Positions 1 through 11,200 of a stretch of 64,000 nucleotides of DNA are shown here, one piece after another. A model generated the notes under the pieces. It was not told where the DNA came from, did no database searches, and saw nothing but the letters and a program-made list of their open reading frames with translations. The stretch is from Mobula hypostoma (lineage: Eukaryota), in the NCBI RefSeq assembly GCF_963921235.1, contig NC_086123.1:20522001-20586000 (forward strand), read 5' to 3'. Numbering within the stretch: the first letter of the stretch is position 1; each line of letters opens with the position of its first letter. The translations under genes and the position numbers were made by a program.

Positions 1-594
1 TAGAGGGTAAAATGAATGCAGTAAAATACAGGGAAATCCTGGAGGAAAACCTGATGCATTCTGCAAGAGAACTGCGACTTGGGAGATTTGTTTTCCAGCA
101 AAACAGTGACCCAATGCATAAAGCCAAAGCTACACAGGAATGGCTTAAAACAAAGTTAATGTCCTGGAGTGGCCAAGTTAGAGTTCAGACCTCAATCCAA
201 TCAAGAATTTGTGGCTGGACTTGAAAGGGCTGCTCACTCATGATCCCCATGCAATCTGACAGAGCTTGAGCAGTTTTATAAAGAAGAATGGGGAAAAAAA
301 TTGCAGTGACCAGATGTGCAAAGCTGACCTACCCACACACTCAAGGCTGTAACTGCTGCCAAAGATGCATCTACTAAATACTGACTTGAAGGGGGGTGAG
401 TAATTATACAATTAATGTGTTTAATAATTGTAATAAATTTAGACTAATTTGTAGAAATTTGTTTTTACTTTGACACGAGTCTTTTCTGTTTATCAGTGTG
501 TAAAAAAATTAATTAAATCCACTGTGATTCAATGTTGTAAAACAATAAAACATGAAAACATCTGGGGGGGGGTGTATACTTTTTATAGGCACTG
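1..594 (+). mobile_element. Tc1/mariner DNA transposon remnant, 3' end
   Basis: Decayed transposase C-terminus (KYREILEENL...FVFQQNSDPMHKAKATQEW, then WPSQSSDLNPI in another frame). Right TIR ends ...ATAGGCACTG followed by TA at 595-596. The same TIR recurs at 12064. Confidence 0.88.
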
Positions 595-974
595 TAACCA
601 ATTCCTGTGCCACACCATCGGGCAAATCTTGCCAACTAGTTTTAACACTCATTGAGGCATAGTCACCATTAGATAATTAATCCTCTATCCACATCAGGGA
701 GCCATAAACTTGTGTTGTAACCTACTCACTTGTCTTCCTCACACTTTACAAAATCATATTGCAGCAGAGAAACCAGTACGAGAAGACAGATCATAGACAT
801 CTGTTGTGGCCGACCTACCAAAGGTACCAGAAGTGATGTGTAATAGCTCTTTAAATGATTAATAATATATACAATTGGTACACACTTTTAGATAATGATG
901 TAACTGATAGTTCCAACTTCCTTTGTGCACGTTGTATAAATTAGTTACACACTGCAGCATGTAATCAGCATCAC

Positions 975-1265
975 ATACCTTATGATGTGGGCAATCACGG
1001 TCTTTGACTATGATGGTTCTTAGAAAATTTTTCGACAGAAGTGGTTTGCCATTGCCTTCTATGCAGCGTCTTTACAAGACGGGCGACCGCCAGACATTAT
1101 CAATATTCTTGAGATTGACTGCCTAGTGTCATTGGTCATATAACCAGGACTTGTGATATGCACCAGTTGCTCATATGACCATCCACCACCAGCTCCCGTG
1201 GTTTCACGTGACTCTGATGCTGCTGGGGGTGTGGGGGACTACACTTTGCCAAATGGTGACCTGCA
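975..1265 (-). mobile_element. RTE/BovB-tail-related SINE or LINE fragment
   Basis: Minus strand reads AGAAGGCAATGGCAAACCACTTC, a typical RTE/BovB 3'-end motif. Boundaries approximate. Confidence 0.5.
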
Positions 1266-2177
1266 ACCCAGCGGAGGGCTTTGATAGAGATGTATCTCCA
1301 CCTCCCCCCCCCCACCCAAACTGTGTAATACAGGTCTTGAAACTTTACTGCTTTTCAGAAGAACACTTCAGGTATTCAGAGTTGTTAAGATAATATCACT
1401 TGGTCTACAGATGGAATGTGGACTGGTCCAGCCGCTACCCACCAGCATAGTTGTACTCTCTTCAGCCTTTCACGAACCCCCAAAAGTTCAGTTAAAACAT
1501 GAACATGGATTAAAATAATACATTGCATTATTTCAGGATCCCCAGAATGCTTTAAAACAAATTAAGCAGTTTAAAAGTCAAAGTAGGAAATTGCAAGTAA
1601 ATGAAGGCGGTTAAGCCACTGTTCTAATATGCAAATATATGAAGCTTTGATTTGGATATCCAGATCTCACTATTGCTGCTAGGGTGTTTAAATTCAAGCA
1701 ATTATGGAATGATAAACTAATATTAGTAACATTGACCTTGAAAGTGCCACGTTATCATAAAAACTATTGATTAATGCTAATGTTAATTTAAGGAAAAAAT
1801 ATATCTCTTGAGTCAGCACTATTGGCATCAAAAATTCTGTGGTGAGGACTGAGAAGAATTAAGAAAATTTTTAAAAGCTGTAACTTGTTGAAACCTTATT
1901 TAGGGTGGAGTTCAGGCTAAACAGTAGGACATGGTCTTATGTAGCTCAGCTCCAACTCATAGGTCAAGAGGAGCCAAGACTCTACCAAGATCTGCTCGGA
2001 AATGTAAAATCAGATCCCTATTTTTCACTCATCAAGAAAACCTTTACAAGCAAAGCAGATGCAAATCTGTATAACAATGTTTCAGAGCAAGATGCATTAT
2101 ACTACTAATCAAAGTACTTATTTACCAGAAAGAATGGTTTGTTTCTTCTTGAAACAATTTAAAACTTTAATACCTAC

Positions 2178-2295
2178 CCTGAGACAACCCAAGGTTCTGC
2201 ATGCTGATCAGAGATGTTGAATAAACGTCCACCTAAATTTTCAACATCTTCTAGTCTACCCTCACCTGCCAGAAGATACCCATAGACATCCATTC
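2178..2295 (-). CDS. ANAPC7: ANAPC7 exon 7
   Basis: GMDVYGYLLAGEGRLEDVENLGGRLFNISDQHAEPWVVSG; 118 nt; donor gtaggt. Confidence 0.96.
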
Positions 2296-5200
2296 CTAAA
2301 AGTGAGGGAAAAATTTGAAAATATTAGGCAGTTAACTATATACATCATGTTCAGTCCTCATGAAGGGTGTCGGCCCAAAACCTGAACTGTACTCTTTTCC
2401 ATAGATACTGCCCGGCCTGCTGAGTTCCTCCAGCAATGCGTGTGTGTTACACCATGCTTATTCAGCAACTTATTCCAGTTCTTCAAATTACTATATTGTA
2501 ACAAATGCCCAGTGGATATCCAAACTCTATTTCTACTTTAAAAAAAAATTCAAGACATCAGTCATAACACAAGGAAGTCTGCAGAGGCTGGAAATCCAAA
2601 GCAACTCACACAAAATGCTGGAGGAAATCAGCAGATCAGGCAGCATCTATGGAAATTAATAAATAGTTGACGCTTCAGGTTGAGACCCTTCTTCAAGACA
2701 GAGAAGGGGGAAGACGCCAGAATAAAAAGGTGGGGGAGGGGAACATCAGTCATGACTTCTTCTGAGACCCAAGATTCAAGCACCATGTCAGAAACTAGGG
2801 TGGTGAATAGATAAAATTCTAAACTGACTTTTGTTTTGCATTGTCAAGGAAGTCATATGTTGCAATGAATTACTAAGCAAAGATTCCATCTGTTCTGAGG
2901 CAGATGTAAATGATTCTACGGCACTGACTCAAAGAGCTGGGGATTTATTCCTGAAATTCTGGTCAATATTTATTTCTCAAACAATGTGTCTAAGGATTAC
3001 CTGGTTATTGTTACATTGCTACTTCAGGAAGAGAACAGTGCAAATATAGTGTAAATTTCCTAGATTACAAAATTTAGAATGTGAAAGTCACTTTATAAAT
3101 GCAAACATCTCTTTGAATATACAGTTAAATACCAGTGCAAGCCTCAACAAATCTTCAAACATTTAGACATGCTTTTTAATGCAAAATTTAGAACTATAGT
3201 TATTGAACTAGTGATCATCTTAATGAACTGGAAAACTCAGATTTGTATGAAGTTCAACATTACGTACCCTTAATTATATATGGATCCAGCATCTGAGCTT
3301 GCTCAAACTTCAGGATAGCATTTTTGTTGTCACCGACCCTGAAATACAAGTCTGCTAGGCTTCCCATTAAATCCACATTATCCCTCAATAATGACTTCTT
3401 CTCCAAGGAGCTGTGGATAAAATGATCGTAGAAGTGTGCTATTAATTACAGTGCAGAAATTAGAAGCCTATCCATTATATTCACAAAATCACCTTACTAA
3501 CATACCACATTACTTACTTCCAGAAATTCTTTCATGGGCATGATCCTCAAAATGCAAGCAGACTAAATTATGCCAACTTCCAAATGGTACCAATTCTTAA
3601 TTGAAACGATAAATTAGAATAATTTTCCAGAAATGGAATGCCCTTTTTAAGTTGGCATATACATAAAACACCAACCAGGACGATAATGTTTTAATACACA
3701 CATAAGTGGATAGTACAAAACATCCTCTTACCAGATAGTATTGATTGCCCTAGTATTGTCACCAGTGTGAACAAAAGCATATGCCTTGATCCAAACAGAT
3801 AACCAGTCCAGATTTGGAATGCTCTGAATCACATTGATAGTCAGAGATGCCACCTCTGCACCCTTCACTGAAAGAGACAGCAGACCTGTAGAAAAGGAAA
3901 GATTAGTAATGTACAAGATGGATACTTCTTGCTTAATTATTTGAACAACCTTTGGGTATTCATTTTCTGAACTTTTTAATATTTGTAAACATGTTAAAAG
4001 AATTTTTTTCTACAGTAATCTCAAGATAACTTGTTTTTACTGGACTGGAGAACCCCTTCAGAAGAAAGTTGACCTGAATCTTATTTTACTCTCAAGATAG
4101 TAATATTTCCAAACATTAACTTTTCAGTGTAGTTCTACTGGAAGAGAGACCTTGCATGCCAGAGTGCACCCGAGCTCACACAATTCAGAAATAATAGCAT
4201 TTTGGACTGATGTTGGGCAAGGGGTGTAGAGTGTGGAGCTACGTGCCAATTCAGTGTTGGATGAGTGCCACATACCTGGCAGACCAATGTGCAGCGAGAG
4301 GGGACAGGGGGTTTGTTTAGGTTCCCAGCATAGCAGCATCAACTGTAATGCACCACTCTTTACATAAATGCTGTTAAGAACATATTCAGCACTGAATCTA
4401 TTGGCTCTCTTGTTCCTGAAAACATATCCTGAGCACTAAATGAGGTGCCTGTACAAATCAAATTTTGGGAGAAGCAACAACACATATTAGCAAAGTGGAT
4501 ATAGTAAAAGCTATAAGAAGCTCAAGCAAACCCACAGGGAACAGAGACTAGACCAATCTGCGAAGGCCCATACATTCTGAAGGTATACACACAATGACTG
4601 GCAAAAGAATAGATGTGACACAAGGAACACATTTTAAAACAGTTAAGTGGTGGTCCAGAATGTAATCCTAGGGTTAGGGAGTCCTACAGCACCAACACAG
4701 GTCCCTTGGCTCATCCTTTCCTTACCAACCGCTACATATTCATCCAGACAACCCCATCTACCAGCACTTAGTCCATAACTTCCTATGCCTTGGGCATTCA
4801 AGTGACCATCTAGATACTTCTCAAATGTTGGGAGAACCACCACCCTCTCATTCCAAACTCTGATCATTCCTTAGGTGACAGAATTTGTCCTTGTATCCCA
4901 TCTAAACCCCTTATGCCTCATCATAAACCCACACACAATGGCTACTTTATTTTGTACACCTGCTCATTAATGCAAATATTCAATCAGCCAATCATGTGGC
5001 AGCAACTCAATGCATAAAAGTGCACAGATGTGGTCAAGAAGTTCAATTGTTGTTCAGACCAAACATCAGAATGGCGGGGGGGGAATGTGATCTAAATGAC
5101 TGAAGGTGTACTGATTTTTGGTGCCAGAGTGGTTAGAGTATCTTTAACTCCTGATCTCCTGGGCTTATTATGCACAACATCCTCTACACTTTAGAGAATG

Positions 5201-8200
5201 GTGCAAAAAACAGAATACATCCTGTAGCGGCAATTCTTTTGGTGAAAATGCCTTGTTGATGAGAGAGGTCAGAGAAGAATGGCCAGACTAGCTCAAGCTG
5301 ACAGGAAGGCAACGGTAACTCATAACTACATGTTGCAGAAGAGCATATCTAAAGTGGATGGGCTACAGCAGCAGAAGACCACAAACGTACACTCGTTGAC
5401 TACTTTCTCCAAATTCCACCCCCCTCCACCTCCAGTGAAAACAAACCCAGTCCACCTGGTCTATCCCTATTATTGACACTCCATCCCATCCCAAGGCAAC
5501 ATCCTGGGATTCTAGAGCAAAAAATTTGAAATACCGGAAAGAACTCAGCAGGTCATGCAGCATCTGTGAAGGCCAAAGATGCATGCTGACATTTCGTAAA
5601 CAGAAGTTATTAATGTACGAATCAAATAGTAAAGGCTCTAGTACTTAATCCTCGTGTTACTATGTGGGTTCAAATGAAGTGCTCAAAAAGGGCAAGTATC
5701 CAATAGGAAAGAATTTACAGGGCTATGAGGAGAGGGAAGATAAACATTACCAATATGTTCTTACATTCGAGACAGTGTCAACAAAGTAGGCTGATTAGCT
5801 TCCCTCCATTTTGTATTGACTTTGTGATCAAGGTAAACTTGCATAGCTACTTCGGTTTCTTCAGAGGATCAAAAGTTGATCCATATGTTGTTTCCAAAAT
5901 TACAAAAAAAAACCAATTTGAGAATAAAATAGTTTTTGACGCAAAATATTTTCCCACTAAAAGATCACTGTTATATGATCTAGGAAGAGGTAATGTGGCA
6001 ACTCCCAATTTATGGAAAATAGACTTGGGGCATAAACAAGCAAAAAACTCATTGTTATGGTTTGCATCTGCTCCCGTCTGTCTTCCTAATCAGCACCTTT
6101 CCCACGAACTCAGTTCTCTTTCTTGTTTGTTAAGTGTACATGTAAAAAAAATCATGGCCCATTAAAAAAAAACCCTACCTAGTATTGCATCCATAGCCAG
6201 GGGACACTGTCGTAGAACTTCCTTATAGCTCGTTACAGCTGACCTCTCCTGCCCTGCTTTCTTATATAGATTGGCTAACATCATGTTAATCTGTATAATA
6301 GAGAAAAACACTCAGTAATATAAAGTAATTTGCAATTCAGAATAACTTCAAGTAAAGCCATGCAAAGAAGGCATGGGGAAAAAAATTACTAACATTCTAA
6401 AAATCTAATACAAGATTATTGGTTCAAAAACCAATATATCAGGGAACCAAATCAACTCCAAACTTTAAAGTCTTTTTTTAAAAAAAAATCAAAATATAGT
6501 ATAAAATTATTCCTTACAAAAGTGGATGTTTTAGTAAAAAGTTTAGTAAAAACAACTAATTACTAATTTAAAATATTCACACTATATAGAGAAAGCATTT
6601 CAATTTAAACAACATTAAATGAAGATTTAATCTACATTGAAAATAATTAATAAATGGGGAAAAATTTTGTTTGTAACATTTTACTCAATTTGCACAAACT
6701 TCATATTAAAAAAAACTAATCAATGTTAACCTTTGGAGTACGCTGCCTGGTAGGAATAGTGTCCAAGATTGCAACTGCATCCCTTTCTTGACGCAGCATT
6801 GTATAACATTCAGCCATTTTATATTTGACTTCAATCTCTGAAGGTAGACACTAGAATATAAATAAGAATGTTATACACAATTCATTCTTACTTCTATAGT
6901 TTTACAAGTTTTCCAGCTATTACTTAGTTCAAGTCTCACAATAAATCACTATGTAGCTCAGAACTTCCAGTATCCTAGAAAAGCCACTCCTAATTAACGG
7001 TGAAGAATACATCACTTCCAATGATTTGGAACCACTTTGTCAAACGTGCAGTTGCCTTTAACACTTACTTTCAAATCAACAAACATATATTCAGTGGCCA
7101 CTTTTATTAGGTACTATTAGGTACAGAAGCAGAGCCCAGTGTGGCTGTACTCCATCCACTTCAAGGTTTGACAAGTTGTGCTCTTCTGCATCTCTCTGTT
7201 GTAACGCTTGTTTATTTGAGTTACTAGTCACTTGCCTCTCAGGTTGAACCAGTCTGGCCAATCTCCTTTGATCCCTCTCACTTACAAGGCATTTTTTTCT
7301 GACAGAACTGTCGCTTACTGGATGTTTTCTGAGATACTCAAACCATCCCATCTGGCAATAAGTCAAGGTCACTTCAGTCACATTTCTTTCCCATTCTGAT
7401 GTTTGGTCTGAATGACATCTGAACCTCTTGACCATGTCGGTATGTTTTACGCACTGAGTTGCTGCCACATGATTGGCTGATTAGATATTTGCATAAGCAG
7501 CAGGTGTACAGGTGTGCAAAATGCAGTAGACATTATTGACATAATGTGACTGCCCTTATTCCCACAATAATCACTTAGCAGTTGTACAATTATAAGTAGC
7601 TGTTGTCACAATTTCCATTTTCATATTCGCCAAGTTTCACCTTTTATTCAAAGGACAGATGAAAATGGAGAGGTGTAAAACTGAGTGTCCAGCATATCAG
7701 AATGGAATTTCTAGTTCACACAATATAACAGCAGCAAGTCCTTTTAATAAAGCAACACACATCAAAGTTGCTGGTGAGCGCAGTAGGCCAGGCAGCATCT
7801 CTAGGAAGAGGTACAGTCGACGTTTCAAGCCGTTGTTTGTTGTCCTTTTAATAAACCTCAGTTTGCTGTATGGCAGGTGCAGTACAGGCAAAGATAGTCT
7901 TTAAAGCGAGACTGTCGTTCCCTTAGTAGACTCTATGAAGTATTTATTTAGTAGATGGAGTCCACTTACATTTTCACTTGTTGGTCGTATTCATATAGCT
8001 AAAATGATGATTTTACCGAAATTTTTATTATTTATTTCAGAATATTCCTGTTTTTTTGACTAGGAAGTTTTTTGATCGGATTGATTCTATTATTTTATCT
8101 TTTATTTGGAATAATAAAAGACCAAGAATTAGTAAATGTCATTTACAAAAATTGAAAAAGGATGGAGGTCTTGCTTTGCCTAATTTTAGAATGTATTATT

Positions 8201-11200
8201 GGGCTGTTAATGTGCGATATATGTGTTTTTGGTCATACTGGGTTGATAAGAGTGATCGGCCAATTTGGGTAGACCTGGAACTGATAGTTGTAAAACAGTT
8301 TTATTTAACCTCGTTATTGGGAGCTCCTTTACCTATGCAATTAGGTAAAGTTGTTAATTTAACCTTATATCCTGTGATTAAGTATTCTTTACAAATTCAG
8401 CTCCAGTTCTGCAATTTTTTAAATCTTAAAAAATTCAAACTTTGTAGTTTAGTTTACTGAAATTAAGCCTTCTTTGAGTGATCTAATTTTTTTACTTTGG
8501 AAAAATAAAGGTATTAATTCTTTTTTGGATTTATTTAAAGAAGATAGATTGATGTCTTTTGAACAATTAATTTATAAATATTCTCTTTCATACTCACACT
8601 TTCTGCAATACCTTCAAGTTAGACATTTTTTACAAAAATATTTAAGTAATTTTCCTTACATATTGGAGGCTGACCTGTTAGATACTATTATGAGTATGAA
8701 TCCTTTGATTAAGGGTTCTATTGGAAGAATTTATAATTTATTATTACAATGGGATAAGCATCCTTTATCTAAGATTAAACAGGATTGGGAAAAGGAACTT
8801 AATTTGACTTTTATGACGGAGGATTGGATGCGGATATTGAAGCTGGTTAACTCTTCTGCAGTTTGTGCTAGCCATTCGTTGATTCAATTTAAAATTGTAC
8901 ATCGTTATCATTTGACAAAGGAGAGACTTTCTAAAATCTTTCCTAATGTTGATAGTCATTGTGATAGATGTAAAACTGAGATAGCTACACTGACACATAT
9001 GTTTTGGTCTTGTTCTATATTGGAACAGTTCTGGAAGTCGGTTTTCTCAACAATTTCTAAAGCACTTAAAATTAATTTACAACCTAATAAATTAACTGTG
9101 CTCTTTGGAATAGTTCCTCAAAATATTCATGGTATTTCTGTGTCTGACCAACATATTATTGCATTTGTTACATTGATAGCTAGGAGGATCATTTTGTTGA
9201 AGTGGAAGGATACATCAGCTTCCACTTTGTCACAATGGTTCTCTCAAGTGATGCTATGTCTTAGTTTGGAGAAAATTGGAAGTCGAACCTTTGAACCTTT
9301 ATTTGATTTTGAGAAAAGATGGGGCTCATTTGCTCGTTATTATCACTTGAGTTAATTGATATAATTTTTCCACGATCTAATTGTAAATTTTTTTTAGTAT
9401 ATTTTCTTTTCTTGCTGGCGGTTTGATGTTTATTTTTAGAAGCTTTTTGTATGACGCATGGCTCCGGGGTTGTACACCTAATGGGTTCTTTTTTTTTCCT
9501 CTCACTTTTCTGCTTAGTAGGTTTTTTTGTTATCACAAAATTTTTTTTCAATCTTTAAGATAATGTTTTTTTTTTGAGGCATTGTAAGTGTTGTTACTTC
9601 GATGTACTCATGTTATTTTTCCTGTCTATAACAATAAAAAGATTTGAAAAGAAAATAAAGCGAGACTGTCAGAGACACCTTTGCTTAGTATAGACCAGAT
9701 AGTCTGCTGCAGTATTACGTGAGCCAAATGAGGGAGGCCTCTGTAGTGAGACTTTTCCTAAAATATAGCGTCACAGGGAGTGTCACAGATGAGATAACAG
9801 AAGGAAATGAAACAAACCCAGCTAAAGCTCTGTTCACTTTACTAACTTCAAAATATCATCAGGTGGCCAGTCGCAGCTTTGACTGATTTTAACACCTCTA
9901 ATCTAAATGGATATTGATCTTGCAAGTTAGGAATTCAAATGTATACAATTTAAATAATCAATATCCATAACTGATAAGCCAATTCTGTATAAAAATAGCA
10001 GTCTTCTGTTCACACTTCAGAGCAGTGTCGGTGACAGGGGCTCATGTTGTTCTCCTTGTACCCAAGTAAAATAAAAGGAATGCTTGAGTCGTAAGAGTGC
10101 GTGTGTTCTGGGCCCAGTTATTTTAGTTAATACATTTTATTATCTGTGACGACAGTTACTTCAACAACTGCCATCACCATGACAGCATTTGTGTAAACGG
10201 ATTTTTAAGATGAAAAGCTCCACCGTATGCCAACACAATTTAACCTATACGGAAACAGGAATTCTGCAGATGCTGGAAATTCAAGCAACACACATCAAAG
10301 TTGCTGGTGAACGCAGCAGGCCAGGCAGCATCCCAAACAGTCCTTCCAGGTGAGGCGACACTTCACCTGTGAGTCGGCTGGGGTGATATACTGCGTCCAG
10401 TGCTCCCGGTGTGGCCTTCTATATACTGGCAAGACCCGACGCAGACTGAGAGACCGCTTTGCTGAACACCTACGCTCTGTCCGCCAGAGAAAGCAGGATC
10501 TCCCAGTGGCCACACATTTTAATTCCACATCCTATTCCCATTCTGACATGTCTATCCATGGCCTCCTCTACTGTAAAGATGAAGCCACACTCAGGTTGGA
10601 GGAACAACACCTTATATTCCGTCTGGGTAGCCTCCAACCTGATGGCATGAACATTGACTTCTCTAACTTCCGCTAATGCCCCACCTCCCCCTCATACCCC
10701 ATTCTGTTATTTATTTTTATACACACATTCTTTCTCTCACTCTCCTTTTTCTCCCTCTGTCCCTCTGACTATACCCCTTGCCCATCCTCTGGGTTCCCCC
10801 CCACCGTCTTTCTCCCTGGGTCTCCTGTCCCATGATCCTCTCATATCCCCTTTTGCCTATCAACTGTCCAGCTCTTGGCTCCATCCCTCCCCCTCCTGTC
10901 TTCTCCTATCATTTTGGATCTCCCCCTCCCATTTTCAAATCTCTTACTAGCTCTTCCTTCAGTTAGTCCTGATGAAGGGTCTCGGCCTGAAACGTCAACT
11001 GTACCTCTTCCTAGAGATGCTGCCTGGCCTGCTGCGTTCACCAGCAACTTTGATGTGTGTTGCTTAACCTATACGGTTTCATTTATCGTCATGATCTGCA
11101 CACACGTAAAACAAAAACAATTTGAGGCAAGTGGACCAGAATTTTGCAAGTAATGTCTATTAGTGCTGTGTATCTGTTCTGCATTTATTGTAGTTAATGA

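Noticed and set aside
5725-6165. 146-aa plus-strand ORF
   Set aside because: No recognisable domain; antisense within ANAPC7 intron 4 and low-complexity AT-rich, so likely chance.
8474-9355. Longest ORF (293 aa) as a host gene
   Set aside because: It is the L1 ORF2 C-terminus inside a TSD-bounded, 5'-truncated insertion.
10350-10676. GIY-YIG ORF as a stand-alone or domesticated nuclease
   Set aside because: It is a truncated Penelope fragment with a near-identical second copy and a TSD, and it has no ATG-led gene structure.
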